34,581 nt of DNA, taken from contig DATESG010000007.1 of NCBI GenBank assembly GCA_035270925.1, positions 1 through 34,581 on the forward strand, given 5' to 3'. The stretch is from Bacilli bacterium (GTDB lineage Bacteria; Bacillota_I; Bacilli_A; RFN20; CAG-826). The notes beneath the pieces were generated by a model. The model was not told where the DNA came from. It saw only the letters and a list, made by a program, of their open reading frames with translations, and did not search any database. The translations under genes and the position numbers were made by a program. This document shows positions 25,563-34,581 of the stretch, piece by piece; within the stretch, counting starts at the first letter, position 1, and the number at the start of each line of letters is the position of its first letter.

Positions 25563-26556
25563 TAAAGTATTCTTTCTTAAACACTTTATTACTCCTTATG
25601 GTGTTTAAAGGTGTAAGAACACTTTCAATATATTGACGTTTATGCCGTAAATGTGGAGGAAGTGTAAGTTTCTCTCCAAGGTTTTCATAGCTTTCTTCAT
25701 CATCAATAAATCCTGGGCCGTCGGTTGCTAGTTCAAATAAAATGTTAGGATACACTCTTACGTAAAGTGATTTAAAGTAATAACGATCAACAAATCCTGA
25801 ATTAGGAAAATCAAGCGACTCAAATCGATTGGTCCATTCATCAAGCACCTCGCGGTCGGTAACTCTAAAGGCAACGTGGTGAACACCCCCATATCCTTGG
25901 CGGGCTCTAGTTAATTCATTTGAATGCTCGACAATAACACTGGCGCCATTTCCTCCTTCACCCATATAAAATAAATGTAGTTTGCCTTCACTGGCAATTT
26001 TTCTCATATTCATAACGTCAATCAGCGCATCTTTCATCATCGTATAATTAGAAACTCGTAAGAAGATTGGACCAAGTCCAAGGATGGCGAATTCATCAGG
26101 GACTGGTCCCTTATACCAGGGTTCTCCGGCTCCAACACCTACGTTATTTTGATCAGAAATCAATGCATACTTCTGTGTGTCAAAATCCTCAAACAGAATA
26201 ACTTTATGGCCAAATAAAGTCTCAACTGGTTCATGAGCAACCTTATAATGCTCAAATCTCTTGAGCCAATAATCAATCGCAGCATCACTACTTACCCTAA
26301 AGGTTGTCCGTGAGATATCATCAGTTCCTTCGACGTGTTGGCTCGCTCCTTTAAAATCAAAGAAAGTCATGTCCGTTCCTGGATTACCTCTATCATCCGC
26401 AAAGAATAAGTGATAGGTCCTGATATCGTCTTGATTGACGTTTTTCTTAACTAATCTTAATCCTAATGTGTTTGTATAAAAATCATAAATTTTTTCGGCA
26501 CTACTAGTGATCGCGGTTACATGATGCAACCCTTTAATTGAATGTTTTTCGTTCAT
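25555..26556 (-). CDS. Ring-cleaving dioxygenase of the glyoxalase/VOC superfamily (MhqA/E/O-like)
   Basis: Two VOC modules: GLHHVTAITSSAEKIYDFYTNTLGLRLVKK...YHLFFAD and GGVHHVAFRV. Size is about 330 aa. Confidence 0.85.
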   Translation of the reverse strand: MNEKHSIKGLHHVTAITSSAEKIYDFYTNTLGLRLVKKNVNQDDIRTYHLFFADDRGNPGTDMTFFDFKGASQHVEGTDDISRTTFRVSSDAAIDYWLKRFEHYKVAHEPVETLFGHKVILFEDFDTQKYALISDQNNVGVGAGEPWYKGPVPDEFAILGLGPIFLRVSNYTMMKDALIDVMNMRKIASEGKLHLFYMGEGGNGASVIVEHSNELTRARQGYGGVHHVAFRVTDREVLDEWTNRFESLDFPNSGFVDRYYFKSLYVRVYPNILFELATDGPGFIDDEESYENLGEKLTLPPHLRHKRQYIESVLTPLNTIRSNKVFKKEYFND

Positions 26557-26583
26557 GTTTGTTTCTCCCTTTTAACTATAGAC

Positions 26584-26612
26584 ATTTTATTTCGAATTGG
26601 TAATAATTACAA
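26584..26612 (-). promoter_or_regulatory. Candidate promoter of the dioxygenase-MarR-hydrolase cassette
   Basis: On the - strand: TTGTAA (26612-26607), a 17-nt spacer, then TAAAAT (26589-26584). The spacer contains AATTCGAAA, and GTCTAT repeats flank the promoter. Confidence 0.5.
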
Positions 26613-26655
26613 GATAGACGCTTTTAAACCTTCTCTCGCTAAATCAGCGGTATCC

Positions 26656-26688
26656 AAAAAATAAAAGACCTGCATCTATATGCAGGTC
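26656..26688 (-). terminator. Rho-independent terminator of the canonical gpx gene
   Basis: GACCTGCAT (26667-26675), loop CTAT, ATGCAGGTC (26680-26688). The A-run at 26656-26666 gives a U-run on the - strand. Confidence 0.8.
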
Positions 26689-26695
26689 AGTTGTT

Positions 26696-27211
26696 CTATA
26701 GTAATTTTTGAATAAACTTTTCTAAATTTTTTGGTTCAAATCCAGGTGCGAAGCGATGGACGACATTTCCTTCTTTATCAATTAGAAACTTTGTGAAGTT
26801 CCACTTGATTGAACCTTTTTTGCTAAATAGTTTTTCATGTAGTTTGACTATTTCTTGTGGATAATCTTCGACGATTTCTTGTTTTAAAAAGGAAAATAAA
26901 GGAGCTTCATTTTTCCCGTTAACATCAACTTTACCAAAGGTTTCAAATTTGGTGTTGAACTTCATTTGGCAAAAGTTCGCTAATTCTTCGTTTGAGCCGG
27001 GGGCTTGATTTAGAAATTGATTGGATGGGAAGTCTAATACTTCAAAACCTTCCGCTTTATATTTTTCATAAAGGGCCTCAATTCCTTCATATTGACCTGT
27101 ATAGCCACATCTAGTTGCCGAGTTAAAAATAAGGAGGACCTTCCCCTTGTACTTTTTGAGTTCTACCTCGCCTCCTCTAATATTTAATACCTTAATGTCA
27201 TAAAATTTCAT
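26696..27211 (-). CDS. Glutathione peroxidase (canonical catalytic tetrad)
   Basis: LLIFNSATRCGYTGQY, FPSNQFLNQAPGSNEE, and IKWNFTKFLIDKEGNVVHRFAP motifs. Confidence 0.92.
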   Translation of the reverse strand: MKFYDIKVLNIRGGEVELKKYKGKVLLIFNSATRCGYTGQYEGIEALYEKYKAEGFEVLDFPSNQFLNQAPGSNEELANFCQMKFNTKFETFGKVDVNGKNEAPLFSFLKQEIVEDYPQEIVKLHEKLFSKKGSIKWNFTKFLIDKEGNVVHRFAPGFEPKNLEKFIQKLL

Positions 27212-27439
27212 AATATTCTCCTGTTATTATGATAACTGAAAATTTTGATAATGTCTTTTTAAGTACATTGTATTAATTACAGGGTTTATGATTTTAACGG
27301 TGTAAAGAAGTCACTGGCAAGCATAAAAGTGGATTCACATTTTTTTTGGCTACGAGATATGTCTAAGTTGATATTGCTAAAACAGTGCGATAATCAGGTA
27401 AATATTAAGGTTTTACATAGCCTAAGGCGTGAACTTACA

Positions 27440-27468
27440 TTGTCAAAAATCCTTTACTATGATAAAAT
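27440..27468 (+). promoter_or_regulatory. Candidate promoter of the TetR gene
   Basis: TTGTCA (27440-27445), a 17-nt spacer, then TAAAAT (27463-27468) preceded by TGA (extended -10). Confidence 0.5.
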
Positions 27469-27502
27469 CGGTTAGCATGATGAAAATATCAAAGGATGTT
27501 CT

Positions 27503-28111
27503 ATGATTAATAAAAAGATTGAAAAACTCACCAAAGGCCAAGCAACTTCGAAAAAGATTTTAAAATCGGCGGGTGAACTTTTTTATAAGCATGGTTATCA
27601 AAGCACAACTGTTGCCAATATCGCTGATAAGGCCGGCGTTGCGGTGGGAACCTTTTATCTTTATTATAAAGATAAGTACACCATCTATGAAACTGTCCTA
27701 ACGAACTATCAACGTGACATCCGGCATCATATTCAAGAAGCAATTAAAGACGCGACAACAAGAAAAGAACGTGAAAGACTTGGTCTTCGGGCCTGGCTCA
27801 AATTTGTCGCCACTAACCACCACGTTTATCGTGTTATTTGGGAATCTTTATTTGTGGAGCCAGACTTATTCAAAAATTATTACACTAAATTCGGCGAGTC
27901 CTATGCGGTTGCACTTAAAAAAGACGGAATCCTCGCCGATGAAGATATTGACCTTAAAACTGTCGCCTTTATGCTAATGGGTATTTCTAACTTTGTCGGG
28001 CTTCGTACCCTATTTGAAAATAAGCATGATGATGCCGCAATCGATAAAATTTGTGATGATGTTATTAAAGTTTTGGATCGCGATTTATTCAAAAATCCCT
28101 TAGCTGATTAG
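27503..28111 (+). CDS. TetR/AcrR-family transcriptional regulator
   Basis: N-terminal HTH: ILKSAGELFYKHGYQSTTVANIADKAGVAVGTFYLYYKDKYTIY. Confidence 0.9.
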   Translation: MINKKIEKLTKGQATSKKILKSAGELFYKHGYQSTTVANIADKAGVAVGTFYLYYKDKYTIYETVLTNYQRDIRHHIQEAIKDATTRKERERLGLRAWLKFVATNHHVYRVIWESLFVEPDLFKNYYTKFGESYAVALKKDGILADEDIDLKTVAFMLMGISNFVGLRTLFENKHDDAAIDKICDDVIKVLDRDLFKNPLAD

Positions 28112-29148
28112 TAATTATCTTTAATATACTTTTTGACCTTTTTATTTTTGATTCGTCCTTCAAGATACAGCCACTTAATTGTGGCTTTTATTGTTTCCGC
28201 AAAAGGCGTCTTAGTATATCCAAGTTCGGTTTCGGCCTTTAAAGAAGAAAAGTTAGCATTACTTTGAAGTGTATATAGTGAATACTTGGAATATATCGGT
28301 GGTTTTCCCCGTAATTTATAATAGAACTCTGCTAGTGGAGCAAATAGCTTCGCGAACCAAGAAGGTAGTATATTGACCACGGTTGTTTTACCAGATAATT
28401 GCCTGAGGGTATCAAAAAATTGCTTCAAGTCGATACGATGTCCAGCAAGAATGTAGCTCTCCCCTCTTCTTCCAAGTAGAGCGGCCTCGCATACACCTTT
28501 AGCCACATCGCGGGAATCAACGAAATCGTAAGCACCCTTAACTCTCGAAGTAAGATATCCATTTAGATAGTCCTCAATCATCATTGTTAAATGACCATTA
28601 CCCAAATCACCAGGTCCAACAATTCCGGACGGATGGACCAAAACAATATTTAAGCCCGTTTTTGCTTGCTTTTTAACAAAGGAAGACGTCTTTGCTTTCG
28701 ACTTTGCATATTCACCAACTACATCCTTTTCGTTAAAAATTTCTGGTTCAAAAACCATCTCGCCTTCGGCTTGTTCTTTAATTGCATGGACACTGGACAC
28801 ATAAACCATTTTAAATAGTCCGTTTTTTTGAAACAACTTAACAATGTTCCGAGTGCCTTCATAGTTGACTTTATATAATAATTCTAAGTTTTTGTCGGTA
28901 ATCGAGACAATTCCCGCACAATGGATTAAATAAGTTTCATCGGGATCTTCGACTGTGAAAAACGAAGTAAGTGAGGCAGGTACCGTTACGTTTCCCTTAA
29001 CCACTTCAACCCCTAAATCCACTAGTCTTTTCGGATCATCATTATTAAGGATTAAAGCCCTAACGTTATAATTTTCACTCTTTAAAAATAGGCATATATT
29101 GTATCCTAAATGGCCATTAGCGCCCGTTACTAGAAATAGTTTTGGCAT
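28108..29148 (-). CDS. NAD(P)-dependent epimerase/dehydratase-family SDR (dihydroflavonol-4-reductase-like)
   Basis: Rossmann motif VTGANGHLG and catalytic YAKSK (YxxxK). Start set at 29148 (MPKLFLVTG), which has a GAAGGTGA RBS. Confidence 0.85.
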   Translation of the reverse strand: MPKLFLVTGANGHLGYNICLFLKSENYNVRALILNNDDPKRLVDLGVEVVKGNVTVPASLTSFFTVEDPDETYLIHCAGIVSITDKNLELLYKVNYEGTRNIVKLFQKNGLFKMVYVSSVHAIKEQAEGEMVFEPEIFNEKDVVGEYAKSKAKTSSFVKKQAKTGLNIVLVHPSGIVGPGDLGNGHLTMMIEDYLNGYLTSRVKGAYDFVDSRDVAKGVCEAALLGRRGESYILAGHRIDLKQFFDTLRQLSGKTTVVNILPSWFAKLFAPLAEFYYKLRGKPPIYSKYSLYTLQSNANFSSLKAETELGYTKTPFAETIKATIKWLYLEGRIKNKKVKKYIKDNY

Positions 29149-29262
29149 AACATCACCTTCTTTGATTCTATTGTAGTTAACAAGCAATCAAATAACAAGA
29201 AAGACAGTTATAATTCAATCATAACCATGAGTTAAAAATTTTAAATGTTATATAGCTAAGTA

Positions 29263-30183
29263 TTATTTGTTATTTTCTGGCGATAATGGATTGACATGAA
29301 CCATCGTTTTTTTGACCACTGGTACGGAAAACTTTATTTCTGTTACGATTTTTTCGGCGAGACTGTGAGCTTGATTTAGGCTCATATCACCAGGCATCGC
29401 AATTTCTAAATCGACAAAACATTTGACTCCATGAATTCTGGTGATTAGGACATCAATTTGGTTTTTATTCACAATTCTAGTAATTGCTTTTATGATTGCG
29501 TCAACTGTTTCTTTATCCGCTGACTCATCAACGAGTTGATTCATCGAAGCGAGAACAATTCCGACTGCAACACGAATAATAAAACCGGCAATTAAAATAG
29601 AACCGACCTGGTCTAAGTATGGGGCACCTAGCATAGAACCAATAACAGCAACTAAACCACTCATTGTTGAAAAAATGTCGCCAAAATGATTTAACTCATC
29701 AGCTTTTAGAATCGGAGAGTTGTGTTTTTTGGCCATATATTTAGTTTTGACATAAATAATGACTTTTATGATTATGGCAACAGTTATTCCCACTAATGCC
29801 CAATAGTTTGGTGTTTGCAGCTCAGTCCCAACTTTAAAATACTCAATTAAACTTGTAACGCTACTTCTAATTAACTCGATTGCCGCAAATAAAATGATGG
29901 CGGCCACAATTAATGCGAAGAAGCTTTCAAATCGTTCATGGCCATATGGATGGTCTTTATCAGCTTTCTTCGCACTTAGTTTCACACCAATGATGCCAAC
30001 AATCGAAGCAAATATATCGGAAATTGAGTTTACTGCGTCGGAGATAAGGGCAAAGCTGGAACCAATAATTCCAGTTACGAGTTTGATAATTGAGAGCACG
30101 ACATTCCATGCTAATGTTTTAAGCATGAATTTCTCTATCGTTATTGCACGTTTGAGATCTTTATCAATTTGAACATCCTTCAT
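29263..30183 (-). CDS. Cation diffusion facilitator (CDF) family metal efflux transporter
   Basis: ALISDAVNSISD, HPYGHERFE, six TM segments, and a cytoplasmic C-terminal domain. It has a 4-nt overlap with the upstream gene. Confidence 0.88.
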   Translation of the reverse strand: MKDVQIDKDLKRAITIEKFMLKTLAWNVVLSIIKLVTGIIGSSFALISDAVNSISDIFASIVGIIGVKLSAKKADKDHPYGHERFESFFALIVAAIILFAAIELIRSSVTSLIEYFKVGTELQTPNYWALVGITVAIIIKVIIYVKTKYMAKKHNSPILKADELNHFGDIFSTMSGLVAVIGSMLGAPYLDQVGSILIAGFIIRVAVGIVLASMNQLVDESADKETVDAIIKAITRIVNKNQIDVLITRIHGVKCFVDLEIAMPGDMSLNQAHSLAEKIVTEIKFSVPVVKKTMVHVNPLSPENNK

Positions 30184-31568
30184 GCAGAAATTCTCCCTAA
30201 AACTCTAATTCTCGTTTTAAAACTAAGATGGACGATGGATTCCACATGATAAGTTCTAGAAAACATATCGACAACGACAAGTTTTTCAACTTTATAAAGT
30301 TCGCTTAAAAGTGCAACGTCCCGTGCTAAAGTAGCGGGGTCACAAGATATGTAAACAATACTCTTTGCTTTTAATTTAAGCAATCCGGAAATAAACTTTG
30401 CATCCAATCCTTTACGTGGTGGATCAACAAAGACAGTATCAATCTTAACCTGTTTTTCTTCTAATTTTAGGATGAAGTCACCAGCATCTGCTTCGTGAAA
30501 TTCAATGTTTTTAATGTCGTTAATTAAGGCATTGTGTTTAGCGTCGTTGACTGCTTGCCTGACGACCTCAACACCAATTACTTTATGCACATGCTTGGCC
30601 AAAATCATGCCAATTGTACCAATGCCCGAATATGCATCCAATACGGTTTCATCAATCTTTAGATTTGCAATTTCAATGGCTTTTTGATAGAGTTTTTCCG
30701 TTTGTTTGACGTTAACTTGATAAAAGGATTTGCTAGAAATAGAGAATTCAAGCCCACATAATTTATCCTTGATTTTACCCGAGCCAGAGACGACTATTTC
30801 CTTGTTGCCGAGCACGACATTAGTTTCGCTTAAATTAATATTTTGAATCAAAGTAGTGATTTCTGGATGGGCTTGTAAGAGTGATTTTGTGAATATGTCC
30901 CAGTCTGGAAGTGTTTCTTTATTAGTGATAATGACAACCATTATTTCGTCATAATAATAAGAAGTTCTAATCATTATTTTTCTAATATCACCTTTAAGGT
31001 TATCTTCATCATATGGATCATAGGCTAATTCTTTCATCAAGTCTTTAATTGTGTGAATAATCGGGGCGCTACGCTTATCTTCAATATAACATTGGTCCAT
31101 CGCGACAATTTCGTGTGACCGGTAACGGTAAAAACCGTGGATAAGATTTTTACGTTTATCGTAACCAATTGGCATAATAATCTTATTACGATAATGATAA
31201 GGATCGTCACTACCTAGGACTTCATCAACTTCTAAATCCATTTTTGCGATATTATGAAAAGCTCTTCTAACTTTGCTTTTTTTGTATTCTAGTTCCTTTT
31301 TGTAGTCTAAATGTTGAAATTGACAGCCTCCACAGGCTGTCGCAATTGGACATAAAGGTTGTATTCTATCTGGTGATATTTTTAGTAATTTAACAATTTT
31401 ACCGACCAAGAAACTTTTTTTAACAAAAGTAATTTCCACTTCAGCCTCTTCGCCTATGATTAGATTTTGCACAAAGATTGTAAAACCATCAATTTTGGCG
31501 ACACCTAATCCGTCATGTGTATAATCGATGCCGATGACTTGGTGTTTTTGGCCAACTCTATATTCCAT
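30180..31568 (-). CDS. 23S rRNA (uracil-C5)-methyltransferase, RlmD/RumA (RlmCD) family
   Basis: N-terminal TRAM domain, Fe-S Cys cluster CPIATACGGCQFQH, SAM motif LDAYSGIGTIG, VDPPRKG, and YISCDPATLARD. Confidence 0.9.
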   Translation of the reverse strand: MEYRVGQKHQVIGIDYTHDGLGVAKIDGFTIFVQNLIIGEEAEVEITFVKKSFLVGKIVKLLKISPDRIQPLCPIATACGGCQFQHLDYKKELEYKKSKVRRAFHNIAKMDLEVDEVLGSDDPYHYRNKIIMPIGYDKRKNLIHGFYRYRSHEIVAMDQCYIEDKRSAPIIHTIKDLMKELAYDPYDEDNLKGDIRKIMIRTSYYYDEIMVVIITNKETLPDWDIFTKSLLQAHPEITTLIQNINLSETNVVLGNKEIVVSGSGKIKDKLCGLEFSISSKSFYQVNVKQTEKLYQKAIEIANLKIDETVLDAYSGIGTIGMILAKHVHKVIGVEVVRQAVNDAKHNALINDIKNIEFHEADAGDFILKLEEKQVKIDTVFVDPPRKGLDAKFISGLLKLKAKSIVYISCDPATLARDVALLSELYKVEKLVVVDMFSRTYHVESIVHLSFKTRIRVLGRISA

Positions 31569-31571
31569 ATT

Positions 31572-33155
31572 TTACTTGCTCATCATTTCACGAATGAATT
31601 CGACTTCTTTTGCACTGTCTAATCGTGGGAATAGTGGTTCGCCTTTATTTACAATTTGTCCGCCAATAACGCCATATTTCTTGATATTCTCATATTTTTG
31701 GAGTTCTGCTGAGATCCCTAATTGTGCGAATAATTTCTTAGGGGCCTGGGTCAAAATTGGTGAGAGTAAGACTGCGGAAATATATAGGTTATTTGCAAGG
31801 TGATTCATGACACTCGCTAACGCCTTCTTCTCATCTAATTTCGCAAGATCCCAAGGTTTAGTGTTATCAATATATTTATTGCTGGCGCTAATTAATTTAA
31901 ACGCTTCAATAATCGCATCTGTAACTTTTAAATCGTCAAAAGATGTCTCATAGTTAGCAATGGTTTCCGTCGCTAATTTTTCAAGGTCTAGGTCAAACTC
32001 GGTTACATGACCAGCATATAAAGGGATTTCGCCACCAAAATATTTTTCAATCATTGAAACGGTACGATTAAGGAGATTGCCAAAGTCATTGGCAAGGTCA
32101 ACGTTAATTCGTTCGACAAATTGTTCTGGACTAAATTGGCCATCACTACCAAAGATTGTTTCACGTGCCAAATAATATCTCACAGCATCAACGCCGTAAC
32201 GGTCAATAAGTGGATATGGGTCAACAACGTTACCGCGTGACTTGCTCATTTTAGTGTCTTTCATCATTAAGAGTCCGTGGATAAATTCACGGTCAGGTAA
32301 GCGTTCATTTAACGCCATAAGAAACATTGGCCAATAAATCGCATGGAATCTCGTGATATCCGCACCAATAATGTGGACAATTTCTGTTTCCTTATCTTCC
32401 CAAAACTTTTTGAAAAGCTCATCGTTCTTACTAGCGTAACCTAGCGCACTTATATAATTAGTTAAGGCATCTAACCACACATAAACAACATGGCGGGGAT
32501 TCTCCTTAACCTTAATTCCCCATGTGAAGGAGGTCCGAGAAACCGCTAAATCAGCGAGTCCTGGTTTAATGAAGGTATTAACCATTTCATTCTTCCGGCT
32601 TTCAGGAATTATAAATTTAGGGTGGTCTTCATAATGTTTTAAAAGGCGATCGACATATTTGGAGGTTTTAAAAAAATAAGATTCTTCACTAGCGCGATGA
32701 ACCTCCCGGTTACACTCTGGACAAAGATGATTTTCACCAACTTGTGTATCAGTCCAAAAAGTCTCTTCATGGGTACAATACCAACCTTCGTAATTACCAA
32801 GATAAATATCCCCTTGAGCGAGTAAGCGCGAAAATATATGCTGAACGGTTTCAACGTGAGCTTCATTAGTGGTTCTAATAAACTTGTCATTGCTTATATC
32901 AAGGACCTTCCATAAGTCATAAAAACCCTCGACGATTTCATCGACAAAAACTTGTGGTGTCTTTCCAGCTTTCTTAGCATTAGTTTCGATTTTTTCTCCG
33001 TGTTCATCAGATCCCGTTAAAAAGAAAACATCAAAGCCTCTTATCCTCTTATAACGCGCGAGAATGTCGGAAAGTGTCGTGCAATATGCATGACCAATAT
33101 GTAGTTTGGCACTAGGATAGTAAATTGGTGTGCTAATAAAAAATTTCTTTCTCAT
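31572..33155 (-). CDS. metG: Methionine--tRNA ligase (short form, no C-terminal tRNA-binding appendage)
   Basis: PIYYPSAKLHIGHAY (HIGH), KMSKS, Zn knuckle CPECN, and the anticodon-domain W (KPWDL). Confidence 0.95.
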   Translation of the reverse strand: MRKKFFISTPIYYPSAKLHIGHAYCTTLSDILARYKRIRGFDVFFLTGSDEHGEKIETNAKKAGKTPQVFVDEIVEGFYDLWKVLDISNDKFIRTTNEAHVETVQHIFSRLLAQGDIYLGNYEGWYCTHEETFWTDTQVGENHLCPECNREVHRASEESYFFKTSKYVDRLLKHYEDHPKFIIPESRKNEMVNTFIKPGLADLAVSRTSFTWGIKVKENPRHVVYVWLDALTNYISALGYASKNDELFKKFWEDKETEIVHIIGADITRFHAIYWPMFLMALNERLPDREFIHGLLMMKDTKMSKSRGNVVDPYPLIDRYGVDAVRYYLARETIFGSDGQFSPEQFVERINVDLANDFGNLLNRTVSMIEKYFGGEIPLYAGHVTEFDLDLEKLATETIANYETSFDDLKVTDAIIEAFKLISASNKYIDNTKPWDLAKLDEKKALASVMNHLANNLYISAVLLSPILTQAPKKLFAQLGISAELQKYENIKKYGVIGGQIVNKGEPLFPRLDSAKEVEFIREMMSK

Positions 33156-33171
33156 AAATTTCCTCGTTATT

Positions 33172-33200
33172 TAAAACAAAAAGCCGCCTTTGCGGGCGGC
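33172..33200 (-). terminator. Stem-loop plus U-run directly after rpmE and 16 nt before the metG start
   Basis: GCCGCC (33183-33188), loop TTTGCG, GGCGGC (33195-33200). The A-rich stretch at 33172-33180 gives a U-run on the - strand. Confidence 0.7.
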
Positions 33201-33211
33201 CGTCTGTTTAT

Positions 33212-33418
33212 TTAATCTTTTAAACCGTACTTCTTATTGAAGCGGTCAATCCGCCCATCAGCTTGGACAAAACGTTGTTTGCCAGTGTAGAATGGGTGGC
33301 AATTTGAACATGTATCAACCCGAATTTCTTTTTTAGTTGAGGTTGTCTCAAATTCGTTGCCACAGCTAACGCATGTTACTGTGATGAGTTGTGAGTGTGG
33401 GTGTAAACCTTTTTTCAT
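33212..33418 (-). CDS. rpmE: 50S ribosomal protein L31, Zn-binding type A
   Basis: MKKGLHP..., CVSCGNEF...[20 protein letters not shown]. Confidence 0.96.
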   Translation of the reverse strand: MKKGLHPHSQLITVTCVSCGNEFETTSTKKEIRVDTCSNCHPFYTGKQRFVQADGRIDRFNKKYGLKD

Positions 33419-33482
33419 ATTGCTATATTCTCCTTCCGCCTTGAATCATTAATTACATTCAAAGTAAGTTCTCAGCGAGTAA

Positions 33483-33511
33483 ATATTATCATTATTATTA
33501 TTAATTAGCAA
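33483..33511 (-). promoter_or_regulatory. Candidate rpmE promoter
   Basis: On the - strand: TTGCTA (33511-33506), a 17-nt spacer, then TAATAT (33488-33483). Confidence 0.45.
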
Positions 33512-33720
33512 CTGTAAAACAGCAAATCTACTTGTACTTATTAATTTTCTTAATTCAATACTTTATGAAAACTATTTTAGATCAGAAACTAGGGGTTTTA
33601 CATGTGTTTTTTAAAAATTGACAAAAGTGATGATTTGCGCGATTACATGATATCTTTGCTTATATCGTCAAAATGGTACTTTTTGTAAGCGTTATCATAG
33701 GATACACGTGTAGTAAACCT

Positions 33721-33749
33721 TTGACAACGTGTCTTAATCTTGATTATAT
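33721..33749 (+). promoter_or_regulatory. Candidate promoter of the OppA-like lipoprotein gene
   Basis: TTGACA (33721-33726), a 17-nt spacer, then TTATAT (33744-33749). A GAAAGGAGAA RBS follows. Confidence 0.55.
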
Positions 33750-33783
33750 TGAATTACACAGTACGAAAGGAGAACTGTATTTT

Positions 33784-34581
33784 ATGAAAAATAAACAACT
33801 AGCTGTGCTGTCGTTATTTGGAGCCCTTGTATTATCTGCTTGCGGACCAACTACTTCAGACACAACATCCGGTCCTGGCTCAAGCCTTCCACCAACATCT
33901 GCCTCAGATCCATCAGTAGAAGCAACATTTGCCAACGGACTAAAAAACTACTCAGCGGCCTCCTATGCCGAAAGAGAAAAAATCTTAGGTCAATTAGAGG
34001 GCTACGTTCTCGACAACTTCTTAGGCGGTATTCCGTTTGCTGATAACGCCGCAAGTGTGATGTATAACACACGCTTAACTCTTCCTAGTGAAACTTATGT
34101 CCCAGGCTACGGCTTTGGTGTCGGGGAAGGTACTATTAATACTCCGCTGACTATTGCTCAAGAACCTGAAGCAAAGTATGCGATGTATTATCACGCCTGG
34201 CAACAATCTGACCCAGGAACAATCAACTATTGGGATGGTCAAGACTCAGTAACTGCTGATCTTCACGCCATGGTTGCTGCTTCTTATTGGAGCACAAGAT
34301 TCAATGACGATAAATCAGGTTACGAATGGTATCCATCACTCGCAAAAACCGAAAGACCAGTCGCATTGAACGCCGATCCTGTAACCGGAATGGCAACAAA
34401 ATGGCAAGTCAAAGTTAAAACTGGCGCGCCTGTTGTCTATAACACCTTATCCACAGTCCCAGCTGTGGCAGCCTTCAAAGGCCAAGCAGTTGTACTAAAT
34501 GACTACCTAACTCCATTTAAAGCGATGTTAGATAATCAATTATTCCGTGCAACCGATCTCGGAAGCACTGCTGGCGGATTC
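33784..34581 (+). CDS. Peptide/oligopeptide ABC transporter substrate-binding lipoprotein (family 5, OppA-like), 3'-truncated by the window edge
   Basis: This gene is not in the ORF track because it is open-ended. My own translation gives 266 codons with no stop. MKNKQLAVLSLFGALVLSACG has a lipobox, followed by an S/T/P linker and SBP-5-like segments (YYHAWQQSDPGTINYWDGQDSVTADLHAMVAASYW). Confidence 0.75.
   Translation, partial: MKNKQLAVLSLFGALVLSACGPTTSDTTSGPGSSLPPTSASDPSVEATFANGLKNYSAASYAEREKILGQLEGYVLDNFLGGIPFADNAASVMYNTRLTLPSETYVPGYGFGVGEGTINTPLTIAQEPEAKYAMYYHAWQQSDPGTINYWDGQDSVTADLHAMVAASYWSTRFNDDKSGYEWYPSLAKTERPVALNADPVTGMATKWQVKVKTGAPVVYNTLSTVPAVAAFKGQAVVLNDYLTPFKAMLDNQLFRATDLGSTAGGF

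Noticed and set aside
27212-27439. About 230 nt of ORF-free spacer between the canonical gpx and the TetR promoter, considered as a possible sRNA or riboswitch
   Set aside because: I could find no convincing stem-loops, no terminator and no conserved-looking motif. The only palindromes are 3-4 bp. It is treated as a divergent promoter region.
33156-33211. T-box or other riboswitch leader upstream of metG
   Set aside because: The intergenic region is only 56 nt and is fully accounted for by the rpmE terminator plus the metG RBS. There is no specifier loop or T-box sequence.
33744-34072. Three ORFs (33744-33935 -, 33840-34043 +, 33851-34072 -)
   Set aside because: They overlap the open-ended + strand frame that starts at 33784. 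That frame has an RBS, a lipoprotein signal peptide and SBP-5-like sequence. The alternatives are R/S/L-rich artefacts of the locally higher GC.
1-34581. Alternative genetic code (TGA = Trp, mollicute code 4), CRISPR arrays, IS elements, prophage or integrase signatures, tandem repeats
   Set aside because: All recognisable genes are full-length under the standard code, with TGG encoding Trp. I saw no spaced direct repeats, terminal inverted repeats, transposase/integrase-like ORFs or long duplicated segments on either strand.

Overview
This is a low-GC chromosomal segment with about 34 protein genes. It uses the standard genetic code: Trp is TGG and no gene appears broken at TGA. Strong Shine-Dalgarno sites and Gram-positive-type lipoboxes suggest a Firmicutes or Acholeplasma-like organism, but that is inference only. 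I recognised no rRNA, tRNA, CRISPR array, IS or transposon, or large repeat.

Gene content, left to right:
1. A + strand sugar ABC importer operon: an MglB-like lipoprotein, a double ATPase, a permease, and a small membrane ORF.
2. tag and flavodoxin on the - strand, and yaaA on the + strand.
3. A long - strand block. It holds a complete 9-gene V-type ATPase operon in the Enterococcus hirae ntpFIKECGABD order, then an orphan 2-TM protein, then a surface-lipoprotein barnase-like RNase.
4. nadE on the + strand, converging on uvdE.
5. A GPx-like gene tightly coupled to a MacB/FtsX-type ABC pair.
6. A DUF1295 membrane protein.
7. An mhq-like electrophile-detoxification cassette: ring-cleavage dioxygenase, MarR, carboxylesterase.
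8. A canonical GPx.
9. A TetR gene converging on an SDR gene.
10. A - strand run rpmE-metG-rlmD-like-CDF.
11. The 5' part of an OppA-like lipoprotein gene that runs off the window.

I see no recognisable defence, toxin or mobile system. The most unusual items are:
- The sugar-binding protein appears circularly permuted relative to MglB, and its partner permease carries a ~290-aa cytoplasmic N-terminal extension.
- A barnase-fold RNase lipoprotein has no recognisable barstar.
- A GPx paralog lacks two catalytic-tetrad residues and is coupled to an ABC transporter.
- UvdE is fused to a DUF1722 domain.
- nadE carries an in-frame TAA, with its conserved C-terminal tail still readable downstream.

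All functional calls rest on motif and family recognition by eye, not on database searches.
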